A stretch of DNA of 64,000 nucleotides from NCBI GenBank assembly GCA_950097015.1, contig CATNEN010000039.1:17422001-17486000 (forward strand). The letters run 5' to 3'. Positions 18,401 through 30,049 of this stretch are shown one piece after another. The notes below the pieces were generated by a model. The model searched no databases and was not told the origin of the DNA. It saw nothing but the letters and a program-made list of their open reading frames with translations. Both the position numbers and the translations under genes were made by a program. Within the stretch, counting starts at the first letter, position 1, and each line of letters opens with the position of its first letter. This DNA is from Macrostomum hystrix. Its lineage: Eukaryota; Animalia; Platyhelminthes.

Positions 18401-20717
18401 AATGCAGTCAACCTGAAAATTTTATACAATTTGAAAACTTGCATTAGTAAAAAAAATAAATAGTGTTGATGAGTTGCAATGTATTTAACAAACGACTTTT
18501 TATAACTCACTAATAAAAACACGAAACAATTAGCAAAGCCGGAACTTTCACTTTTTATCTACGTAACTTTAATTTCTACGAGTCTACTTTAAGGCGTCTA
18601 TTTAGGCTTTACGATTTTTGTCTAAAATTGACACAACCTAGAAATAAACATTACAAAAAATCTGCAGGTGAGCAAGGATGTGCTAGAGAGGTAGAACAAC
18701 TCAATATATATAAAATCTATTTCCGCACAGAAGGGTCACATAGTAAAATAAGATGCAAATGTGCAGAGTCAAAGCTGCACTTCTGAAATCGATTCTGACT
18801 TTTACTCTCTGCCCACCAGCTTGGCACATACGGGAATCGAATTTCTAATTTTCGCCTTCCAGTTGAAAATTGTGCTAAAATTATGGATGATTTATGACAC
18901 CTTAGAGCAGCAAACCAGCTCCCCATTAGTTTTCCTGCAGACTTACACTCTATTTCACTGCATGATATAGACTAAGCTCATAGTAGACTCAAACATGGGA
19001 TTTTGCCTACAAAGTGGAGGCTAACGTAGAATTGATTTCGTGTTTAGTTAATTCGGCTGTAGCCATCTAAACTTAGCTATAAAGTATACAATTTAGATTA
19101 ATATACCACCGTTATGCTTATTTTGCTAGCTATATAATTAATTGGTTCAGAAGATTCAAATGCTATAATAAGAGCATTAATATTGAAATGCGATCCGGTG
19201 CTGATTTTTTGTTTATTTGATGTGGCTAACAACGCTGAACGATTCGATTTAAAAAAAGGCGATTGAAAGACAAGTAGCATTCATAATAGTAGTTTTACCT
19301 TTTAGGTTAATAATATATGTGGGAGGGCCCTTACTTACTTGTTAATATTCTATCAATTGGTCACAGGGCTTTTAAACTTTAGCAATCTTAATTAGTATAA
19401 CACTTCGTAATATTATATTAGAGTAGTTATTTACTCTGTGATAGCATGCAAGTGTCCGAGCGGCAAGACACTATTTTAAACTTATTAACGTGAATAACTC
19501 GTATGTATATTATTTGCACTAATTATATTACTGACACACAGTCTTCTTAAACTCAGTCCCAACAAAGGGCTACCAGTGGATCGGAGGGTGTCCAATCTTA
19601 CACACAATCACTCTCTTATTCGGAATTACTCCTTATTTCATCACTTTTTACTTTGCAAATCTGCAATACTTAAATCCCTTCTGGGCCTTCTGTCTAATTT
19701 GATCCAACCTGGATGTCTTATTTCAATACGAATTCTCACTTATGGCATACACTTTCCAGCTTGTAGCCTTTAGCTAAAATGATTAAGGAAAGAAAACTTT
19801 ATTTGCTTGAACAGCTTGCTTTTCCAGAACTTGCGGAGAAACGCCAGTTGGGTTTTTCGTGTCTAAAATCGCTCGTATATATTAGGTTTCTTTCGGGGTG
19901 GCGGACATGATGAAAACAAAAGCGGCATTTAAACAAAATATTTAATTCTACGTTAACGCTGCGTTTCTAGGAAATACAAAAATTTAAATGTAAAAATACG
20001 GCATTAATCGCAACTACTACATATATTTGAAATTTGTAAACAAAAGGAGATTATTGATAGGCAATTTTCTCTAACTAAAAGAAAGATTGTCTAAATCCAA
20101 AAAGAAAGACTTTTGGAGAAATCTTTCTTAAACGTGTAACAAAAGTGGCTGAGCTTGGCTGATTTTCACACCCTCAGCTGAGTCCCGTGCCTTCGGAACT
20201 CTGACTGTAGCCAATTGATGCTTGAGAGCCAAAAGCCAACTGCTGCTAAATATATTTAATCCCACGATATTTAAAGCCCTTTTTCTCTCAAAAATGGCTG
20301 TCTATTAATATTCGAAAGGTTTTAGTGTCAAGTTTTCTATATGGCTATTGTTCGTGTTTAAATTTGTACATTTGAATGAAATAACGGTCAATTCAAATAT
20401 CAGATATATGCCATATGATATCCGTACTTATTATATATATATATAATTCTACCTATGCATGTTCTGCAGTAGTTCATTACCGCTCCCAGTTCCTTAGCTA
20501 ATTGGCGATGAAGAATTGATTGTCAATTTGTCAGTAGAATCACCCTGAGTGTAGAGCACGACTCGCTTACCAATAGGCTTAGCGGCTTCATCTCAGCTTT
20601 GTCCCATGGGAAATCTGATGGAATAACGCGAGAATAATAATATTTGTTGTCCACTTCCACGTGTAACTAAATTACACACAGTATCTGTATATGATGCAGT
20701 TTCTTGTCTAGCTCTTG

Positions 20718-21243
20718 ACTCTCTGATGTGTCTCATCCATTCTCTACCTGACTCTCAGCTGTGTCTCATCCATTCTCTACCTGACTCTCAGCTGTGTCTC
20801 ATCCATTCTCTACCTGACTCTCAGCTGTGTCTCATCCATTCTCTACCTGACTCTCTGATGTGTCTCATTCATTGTCTACCTGACTCTCATCTGTGTCTCC
20901 TCCATTCTCTACCTGACTCTCTGATGTGTCTCATTCATTGTCTACCTGACTCTCAGCTGTGTCTCATCCATTCTCTACCAGACTCTCAGCTGTGTCTCAT
21001 TCATTCTCTACCTGACTCTCATCTGTGTCTCCTCCATTCTCTACCTGACTCTCTGATGTGTCTCATTCATTGTCTACCTGACTCTCAGCTGTGTCTCATC
21101 CATTCTCTACCAGACTCTCAGCTGTGTCTCATTCATTCTCTACCTGACTCTCTGATGTGTCTCATTCATTGTCTACCTGACTCTCAGCTGTGTCTCATCC
21201 ATTCTCTACCTGACTCTCAGCTGTGTCTCATCCATTCACTACC
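20718..21243. repeat. 33-bp minisatellite (CTGTGTCTCATCCATTCTCTACCTGACTCTCAG)n, ~16 copies
   Basis: 33-nt periodicity. It explains the CLIHSLPDSQL ORF. Confidence 0.95.
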
Positions 21244-21640
21244 AAGGATTTCTGACCAAGAGGTCCGGAGTTCTATCTCAGAGTATCTAAAATAGCAATC
21301 TGGGTCCCCGAGTAAAGATGCTTGATTTCTCCATTGCTTCCGTGGGGAATGGAACCAACTAGAAATTTGATCTCCCATCCCCGTGATGGACTGAATAGCT
21401 GCACGCAGCCTTTTGATGCGGGGCAGCGCTTACTGGCTGTACATCTGGGCCAACAGGTGAGCCATAGCTAGGTGCAAGTTTAATATTCCATTTATTTCGA
21501 TAAACAGCTGTTCGATAGTCGGCAAACGTGCGGCTTATGTCACTGTTGAGTGGGTATAGTATTGCGAATTAGTTTAATTGAAATAACAATCAGTAAATTT
21601 CCACCAATTTGATAGTCTTCAACGTGTGCGCGGTTGTTGC

Positions 21641-22150
21641 TCAGTGTTCCCCAGTCTTGCCAATGTCGACGTCTTCCAAGCCGTCAGCGGGGGCAGCTCC
21701 CAGCAGCTGGGCGGCGGCCTGGTACTGGTGGCAGTGCCGCTTCCTCTTGGCCAGGAATTCGCGACGCCGCTGGCGCTCCTCCTCCGTCAGGCCGGCATCA
21801 TCGGCGTCGGCGTCGTGCTGCGGATCGTCGGCAGGCGACAGCCTCTCGTGTTTCAGCAACAGCAACTGCTGCTGCTGTTGCTGATGCCGCTGCTCCGCTT
21901 GCTGCTTACGCTCAGCGGCATTGTCGTCGTCATCGTTGTGAATGACAACATCGGCTATGGCGGCGATCACAGCGACGTCGCTGAAGCTGGTTCGGCGTCG
22001 CTGGGAGCCACAGGACTGCCACTGCTGCTCCGGAGTGAGCAGCGTCGATGTGGCAGCCGATGCCGACGCTTGATCGTCAGCTAGCGCGTCACGATGCTGC
22101 TTGAGGATGCCCTTCTGCTGCTGGTTCTGGCTGGTCGTTGGCGACGACAT
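21641..22150 (-). CDS. Intronless, divergent protein phosphatase 1 inhibitor-2-like protein (169 aa)
   Basis: ATG at 22150. N-terminal KGILK (SILK motif) and RRRTSFSD (RVxF-like). C-terminal LTEEERQRRREFLAKRKRH matches the I-2 helix pattern (PEE..K..FE.KRK.H). GC-rich coding-like composition. Confidence 0.65.
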   Translation of the reverse strand: MSSPTTSQNQQQKGILKQHRDALADDQASASAATSTLLTPEQQWQSCGSQRRRTSFSDVAVIAAIADVVIHNDDDDNAAERKQQAEQRHQQQQQQLLLLKHERLSPADDPQHDADADDAGLTEEERQRRREFLAKRKRHCHQYQAAAQLLGAAPADGLEDVDIGKTGEH

Positions 22151-23855
22151 GGTTATAGTTTTGTTTTTCAGCGTCGTTGCCTTAGCTGTAATGTGGAAAG
22201 CTGAGCATTGTGGTCTTTGCAATACGCACAGCTTTATAATTACATTTAGCAGCCGGAAAACGTTCAAAAGTAGCGCAAAAATAATCAAATAAACTGCGTC
22301 TTGAGTACTTTTTTCAATTCTGTTGTTAAGCGAATAAACGCAGTTGCGATTTGAAAAAAAAGTCCTGAAAAATATTAGCACTTCTTTTGAGTGCGCACTT
22401 TATAAAAATAATTACTATTATCAAGCAAAATGAACTAGATTATATAATTAATGGCGAAAAATGTATGGGGTTATGACGATGTAGCTATCATACCTCGCAC
22501 ATGGGTATAACATTGCTAACGAAGAATTTAATTCATTTTGCAACTTATTCAGAAGAATTACAGCTTAAAAAATAAAACAGGATTTAAAAAATACTTGAAT
22601 GCAGTACGTGAAGCTTTGACATAAAAATAAACGAAGTAATGTTCTATCTTACACGGAAATGTAATTAGAGCCAAAAATTTTGGAAATAAAAAAACTTAAA
22701 TGAATACATGACAGTACAGTTTAATTACAAACACTTCAAGCTTCAGCTATGTGTCTGGTATCAAATATAAATTAAAAAATATTGAAAATAAATATAGGTC
22801 TTTGAATACTATCTGAGTCTATAGTTTGCAAATGCTTTTACTTTATGTTTAAAAGTCTTCAGTCAACATTTTTCTAGAATCGTGATGCTCCAAGTTCAAC
22901 AAACGGTTAAAAAACTTCGTTTTCATTTATCGCATGTTCATTTAAAAGTAATAAAATCGTACTTATTCTAAATTTAGCAAATAACAAGCATAAAGTTTAA
23001 AAAAATATGGAAAAAAACAAAGCATAATCTAAACTCACTTCATTTTTTGTTTATTTAATTCTACAATAATTGCCGGTAAACTCTTTTTACGGGCTTTTTG
23101 ATTTTTGTAATGCTGAAGAAATGATGAAGTCATCTATCATGCCAAATGTTTTTTATAAAGAAAATCCTGCTCGAAGCTATTGGTATTTACTAATTGAGAC
23201 AATTATGCTGTACATCAAACTTACCTTTTTACAAAAAATGGCACCACATTATGTTCCCAGAGATAAAAGTTGCAAATCTACTCGTTTAGCAAACAAACCA
23301 AACGTTTAATTATGTATGATTATAAAGATTTTCTTTCGCCTATATTTTGTTTGCCAATAATACTGAATCCAGAACGAATAGCTATGGAGACAGGACTGCA
23401 GCAGCAAAAGCGATCAAGCATTTAACTTATAGCGTAGAGCTATAGCTCTTAGTTTCATAATCCTAGTGCAAAGTGTTAACCAGAAATTCCCATGACCAAA
23501 TAAAAACCCATAAAATTTCGACGTATTAAGGATGAAAAAACAAGAAAAATTTAAACATAACTTTTGTCGCCATGTATGAAACTCATAATAGATTATGATC
23601 ACAAGTGCAATTTCTCGCTCATTAAACTTCAACACATGATTGGCCAGCTTTAATTTTTCTAATTGCTAATCCAAATTCCCGCTGATAGGAACAGGACTAC
23701 CATCAGGAATGAAATTTCAAACATAGAAACGGAATCACAAAAGCTATTAAAGAGAGAGACACTTTCGACAAAACACAATCGGCATTGGAAAGGAAGAGCA
23801 GACTATTCGACTCTAGGAAAAATCAACAGAAGCATTTCGAGAGCTACAAAAGTCC

Positions 23856-25548
23856 ATGGGAACTAACCACAATATTCTGCCGCTGATTCTGCTTTTGCTG
23901 CCTTGGCTACCGCAAAAGGCAAGCGCTGAGCAGCTACATAGGCCGCGCTGCGAGCGCTTCGATCTGCTCAACAACACTTGCCTCGCTGCGGAGGGCGCTC
24001 AACCCCTGCGGCCAGTCGTGGTCGACGGAGGCGGAGAAGCGGCTTGCGCCATCGAGTGCTCAAAGCAGCCTCGCTGCCTAGCCTGCAGCGCATCTCTGGC
24101 TGACTGGCGAAACCGGCTGCTGCTGACTGAGAACAGCTCGACTGCTGTGGCTGCGGGACAGTGCAGCACCGCTGTGAAGTCCAGTGCGGTGCGCGAGTTG
24201 CTGGAGGGTGAGCCAACGTTGATGCGCATTGCCGCGGATCTGGGTTGAGGGTTGAAATTATTGAAAGCCAGCTGAATTGCACTTGACTTTTAGCCTCGTG
24301 TCCGCCAAAGCCCTTCCTGGTGGCCGTGAACTCTTCTGGCGTCTCGAGTAGCCTGGCCGAGTTGCTCTGCTCCCGCTGGTGCGGCCAGCTCGCGTCGGAC
24401 GGCTCCCAGTTCGCGACCCTCGGTGCCGTCGCCAGAGCCGCTGGAAGCGGGTCCTCGGTCCTCTGCACACCTCTCTCGGCCTCCGCCTACTTCGCCAGCG
24501 CCATCGCCTCCGGAGGCTCCTCAGCGATTGACTTCTCGCCGATCGCCGTGTCGCTCAACTGGCGTCTCCTGTTCACCAATGAGAGCTGGTGTACTCACAC
24601 TGCAGTGGGCAATGTCCCGCCTCTGCTCCACCTCGCATGGTCGCAGCCTCTCCAGCTGGACGTTTGCGCCCAGGCCTGCGTGTGGCGTCCGACCTGCGAG
24701 TTCTTCGTGTTCAACGCCTCCGGCTGCTTCGAGGGATCGCTCAGCCTCTACCTGAACAGCCGCCTCCAAGGCGTCACTGGCTGCAGCATCTGGCACAAGG
24801 CGCGCACCTGGGCCTCATCAATGCTCGCCTTCTACACGTTCAACTCCAGCATGCTGAACCTGGCCAACCCCGCCATCATGCCAGCCGTCAACAACTCGCC
24901 CATCGACATCGGTCCAGATGGCTTCCAGGTTCCGCTCAGCACCTCGCTTTTCGTGAAGCTCAGGCTGTCTGACATTGGTTTCGACTCGCTCGTCAGGTGA
25001 CGAATTTCATCTTCCTTGTTCAATATCAAGTGTGACCTAATTTGCTGCATATCTAGATCCTGTTACACTTTTTGTACAGGGCCAACACATCGTTCACATT
25101 TTTTGTGTCTTTCAATCGAACCAACCGAAAGAGCCGATCGGAACTCGCCATGTTCGCCAGCTGTTCCGACGGCGCATCTTACAACGGCGCGATCAATGAG
25201 CAGTCTATGTTTAACGAGGGCTGGTTTCTCAACTCCCTGACTGGAAACTGGCTCGTTGTGACGTCATCATCTAAGAGCTCAACGATAAACTATGCAGACA
25301 ACTCACTGACTCATATTGCCTTCGCCATCGGCCACCAGTCCGGACACATAATTGTCAATGGTGTGAAGATAAACAGCACATTCTACATCATGCCTAGCAC
25401 CTATGGAACAGATCCAATAGCAATTGGCTGCCTGTACATGGGCTACAACTACATGAATGCGCCGGAACGCTTTCTGCACGGTCGGATCAAGACTTTTGGC
25501 ATCTTTAGTAAGCTTTTAACACCGCCTGAAGTGCTGGAGTTGATGTGA
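23856..25548 (+). CDS. Secreted protein with PAN/Apple-like Cys modules and a C-terminal LamG/concanavalin-like domain (3 exons, ~507 aa)
   Basis: Exons 23856-24207, 24294-24996 and 25080-25548 join in phase. Signal peptide ILPLILLLLPWLPQKASA. PAN-like CAIECSKQPRC and CAQACVWRPTCEFFVFNASGC. LamG-like AFYTFN..SFTFFVSF..THIAF..IVNG..IAIG..FLHGRIKTFGIFSKLLTPPEV. Confidence 0.7.
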
Positions 25549-26589
25549 CGCGGCCGTGTTGCATAAGTGACCACGCTATTCGATTTTACTCTTTACAAGA
25601 GCCTATGATACTTGCATAGTGAGCAAATTTATTTGGCGGCACAATAACACGCCGTGAAAAAAGGAGTTTAATATTTCAGCCACTTTTAAAAACAAAAATA
25701 TACTCGAAAAGCAACTTGTTTGATTGGTTTGACCGTGTTAGGATTTTGTCAGAATTCTTGTGGTACTTTGAGCTAAAATCTGTTCAACATTGTTGCGCGG
25801 TAGAATCTCAGCTAGAAAATGCACTGTTCGTCAGTTGCTGAAGGAAGTTCGATGGCAGATTCCTTCGGTGAAGATCCAAAATAAATTTAATGTCGTGCTT
25901 TGCCAGATCCTGGGCCCATGAAATTGCACGTTCAGGTCATTTATGATCATTTTAAAATGCTCAACACAGCCAAAGATTTGACTGCAGCTAACTTCGGCGA
26001 GAGCAGGAATCAGGAAAACTTTGACATCAGCGGCAGTAGACATGGTAAAGTTGTTAGCTGACGTCGATAACGCAACCGCGGCAACAGCTAAAAGAATGCT
26101 GAAAACAACAACTAAGTTGAAAGCATGCAGATCAGGATTCGCATGACATTGCTGCATAGAATAACTTTTCTGATTAAAATTGATAAAGTCCTGACTTCAA
26201 GGCGGCACATTTTTTTAGTTTTTTAACATCGCTTTAGCATATTAATTATTTAAAAACCTTTTAGTTAAAAAATGACAATAAAACAGTTCACTAATTTAAT
26301 TAAAAGTGATGAAAAACGAGCATGAAAATCGGACTATACAAATCAAAGCAAAAAACAATCAACAGCCACTTCCATTATGAGGGCTAGAAAGCGGGAAATA
26401 GTCAGGATTCGATCGATTCCGTTCCGACTCACGACACCAACTATTGGAATTTTCGCTTCAAAAACAGCAGAAATTTCCCAAAACAGCGAAAGGCAATTAA
26501 ACAAAGGAAAGCTAGCTAGGTTACAATAATTCTAACCGAATTCACGCATGTGGCAACGAAAAGCAGTTTACCTCATCTGCATCTCCTGC

Positions 26590-27020
26590 AGGTTGCTGAC
26601 ATGGCTGTGCTGCATTCGACTGGCAGCAAGCAGCCAGTCGAATGCCAACTACAACGGAGCCATCAACGAACAGTCTGTGCGCAATCAGGGCTGGTTTGTC
26701 AACACCCGCACCGGCCGCTGGTGGGTGTTAAAATCCGCCAACGAGGGATCAACCTTCAGCTATCCAAATGGCACTGCAATCCACGTGGCCATGGCCCTGG
26801 GCCCAACAGCTGGGTACTTTGTAGCGAACGGAGTGAAGCTGAACGGCACCTTCTACACGCGGCCTCCAGCACCTACGGGTCGGACCCAGTACAGCTCAGC
26901 TGCCTCTCCCTGGGCTACTTCTGCTATGAGGCCTCAATTAGGAATCTACATGGCAGAATATCAACATTTGGATTTTTAATAAAATTGCTGACAGTCGACG
27001 AAGTCATTGAGCTGATGTGA
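26590..27020 (+). pseudogene. Frameshifted partial paralog of the terminal LamG-like exon of the upstream gene
   Basis: YNGAINEQS..GWF.N..TG.W.V..NGVK.N.TFY lies in one frame and STYGSDP..LHGRISTFGFLIKLLTVDEVIELM* in another. The frame switch is near 26860. Confidence 0.7.
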
Positions 27021-27211
27021 TATAGGATGTGAAGTCTGGAAAGCAAGAAACCTTTTAAACAAGAAACATATTCTTGTGCGAGAGATTGTAATAGGGCAAT
27101 TTTTAATTATCAGAGTGCGTCACACTGCGTAACGCTGCGCCTTAATTGTAAGAGCGTTTCAATAAAATCATTTTCCCTGCTTCTTCTATCATAACGAAAG
27201 TAATAAAACTC

Positions 27212-27610
27212 TTTTTCCGTTCAATTTCAACAAAACTCGCATTCAATTTCGGCAAGCCGACAATCAAATTCGTCAGTTTATGCAGTTCCTCAGCTTGACA
27301 AATCAACATTCCATTCCAATTCAGCAAACGAACATTCAAATTCAACAAGCAACATTAGAATTTCAGCAACTGGCATTCGATTTCATACCGTCGCAAAAGC
27401 TATTGTACTGTCTATGGTGAAAGGGGGTTGTAACGTGTAGAACTCTCATTCGATTTCGGCATCGTTGCTGAAATTGTAATGTTGCTTGTTGAATCTGAAT
27501 GTGCGTTTGCTGAATTAGAATGTTGATTTGTCAAGCTAAATATAAACTGACGAATTTGATTGTCGGCTTGCCGAAATTGAATGCGAGTTTCTTTGAAATT
27601 TAACGGAAAA
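27212..27610. mobile_element. Foldback/MITE-like element with ~160-bp imperfect inverted arms
   Basis: TTTTCCGTT..AACTCGCATTCAATTTCGGCAAGCCGACAATCAAATTCGTCAGTTTAT..CAACAAGCAACATT (left arm) is mirrored as its reverse complement at ~27466-27610. Confidence 0.8.
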
Positions 27611-27775
27611 GGTGTATGATTCGAGTTACAGCCGAATGTGATCTAACTGAACCAAATTAGCATTGTTTTTCGTAAAGATATGAAATCACAAAAATAGAAA
27701 AAAAAATTTGTAAGTGTACCACTTTTGCACATTTATCGATCACAGACAGTCCGCTAAAAACAGCTCGTTCATATT

Positions 27776-30049
27776 TTAAGAGGCTTTCTCAAATCTGCTC
27801 GCCATGGATCTGACAAGGCCCCGTCTCGAGGGCTGCTTAGAAGAGTTCAATCCGCTGTCTCCCGACATCGGAGCCGCTGCTGTCAGGTGGTCCACAGCCG
27901 CTGCAGATGCCGAGGTACTTGAAGCCCTCCTCGGATCCGCACGAGAAGCCGAAACTGCGTGCTGAAATGTGTGCGTTTTAACCGTAGAGAGACCTCGGGG
28001 GTATTTCAAATACCCACAATTTTATTTTTCCTGTATCTACTGAAATATTCTGGTAGCAAAACAAAAAATTCATCACGTAGCCATACCGGCTTACCATTTT
28101 CACTATTTTGGATTGATTAAATCGCTTAAAAAAATCGGTCATACTGTTTGAGAGCTATCGTGAGTTAGGCAGTGAATTTTGAAATCTTTCACCAGAGAAA
28201 GACCTTTCACTGTTTAATGAACGAGCATTCTGGCCTCAAAGCAATAAACTTGTTGACCTAACAGTGTTGCATATTTTCGTTGCGACGCAAAATGTCGCAT
28301 TATGAAGTCTGGTCCCAACTGGTTAATCTTTGACGCGCTTCAAACCTGAAGTTGGACCACGTAGCAGATAAAAAGAATATTAAAAAACCGAGACGTCATT
28401 GATCGAAACTATCAAAATAACATTTGCTATTAATTTAGTTTGCTGTTGTAATGCGCCATTATCTGCCTGTGATTTTTTAGACAATTCTGCGCATATTTCA
28501 TGTAATACTTATTCTTACAAAGTCGGAAATCTAGCAATTCAAAGTCAATACGAGCAATTTCGGATAATTTCGAGCCTATTTAGACAAAAAGAAATGCGCT
28601 AATTGGAATAGATTTAGATAAGACAATTGGTAATGGAAACTTGATACCGTTGCTGCGTTGGCTGACTGGGCAGGCATCGGCGGTATCGGCGGGGGCGGCC
28701 GCATCTTGACAGGCGGGGAAGTCGCTGGCGTCAATGATTTCGATGGCAACGGCGGCACCGGTGGCGGCTTTGCTGGAGGTGGCAGCGACGGCCTCGTTGG
28801 CGGCGGTGTGGCCTGAGTGGCCGGAAGAGAATGTCCAGTCAGGAGGCCCTGGTCTAGGACCCGATCGGCGACAGGACGGAGGCCAACAGCCGCCACCGTC
28901 AGATGCTGGCAGCCCCACCGCACCGTCCACCAGCCGGACTGGGACCGCCGCACAACAACCACGAGGTCGCCGATCGCCGGCGCCACTCTGACCGCCGAGT
29001 CTGACACCGTGCATCTGTGAACACAGACAAATGCATCCGTTGAAGAGGTCGACACCGAGTCTTTTTCGGCATCTTCCGACGTGGCCGCCGCCAGGAACTG
29101 CGCCGGAAACCAACCGACCCGGCCGCTGATCTCGATCAGCCAGTAGCCAGTGTCGGCTTTACGCAGCACCGACGCCGATTCGCCGACTTCGGCGGCAAAT
29201 TCTACTCCGTGAGCGTCGCTGCAGACGTGGCTGTGGGTCACGGTGTAACGAGACGCAACAGCCGGTGTCGAGATATCATCTGGCGATGCTTGCGGCCGGC
29301 TGCGAAAATCATCGTCAACAAGATAAATTATTAAATCATTCAGCGAGTTAACGATCGGCATTTGTAAGAGCGCTTACTCTATCTGAGCTGACTTCTTTGC
29401 ATCGTCCTCGGTGCACGCAAAAAACTGAGCGACGTGCTTGTGGCGTTGAATGTAATTTGGCAGCGCAAAAATTTTCTAGAGCAATATCAATGGTAAGAAT
29501 GAATATACGAGTAGTTTTGCTACTTAGCCATAGCTAATTGGCTTACATACTGGGGGACGATCTATTTTATCTGAGTTTTTTAAAGCTATCCTGCTAGCTT
29601 TTGAAAGCTTGGTGGTTGGAAGAGAACTGTCCAAAATAAAAGCTTTAGATACTGAAAATATAGTATAGATTAAATTGCTTGCAATAATTACTTGCAGCGA
29701 GTCTACTTACATTACAATAGGTCTCAAGCAAGGAGCATCTTTTTGCAGCGAGCTCTCTCTCCTTCTGAGTGCGAATAAGAACCTTTCCTGGCAACACTGG
29801 TATCGTTCGTTCTTCAGGATTTTTTGTACCAGCCTCCTTTGGAAAGAGCTCCAATAACTGGTGCTAAAATTTTCAGGCAATATTTTTTGCTTTTTTGAGA
29901 AGGAAATTCCTAAATTTAAATAATGAGTTTTGTTGCTTTGTTGGGGAGTCAAAGCTTTGCCGTCTTACCTGGAAATTAAAAAAATGGTTGTATCGTCTAT
30001 GAATTATTCTACAGCATCCATCCGGATTTCGAATGTTGATTGCATATTC
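27776..30049 (-). CDS. PX-SH3-SH3-proline-rich protein, NADPH oxidase organizer family (p47phox/NOXO1/SH3PXD2-like); first exon not located
   Basis: Exons 30049-29969, 29863-29711, 29475-29378, 29299-28648 and 27961-27776 join in phase. PX: IHRRYNHFFNFQ..LLELFPKEAG..ERTIPVLPGK..LETYC..VAQFF. SH3s: VLRKADTGYWLI..GRVGWFPAQFL and GDLVVVVRRSQSGWWTVR. PxxP-rich tail. Confidence 0.8.

Noticed and set aside
25831-26157. 108-aa ORF with a hydrophobic stretch, or missing upstream exons of the LamG paralog
   Set aside because: No similarity to the upstream gene's exons that I can see and no recognisable domain.
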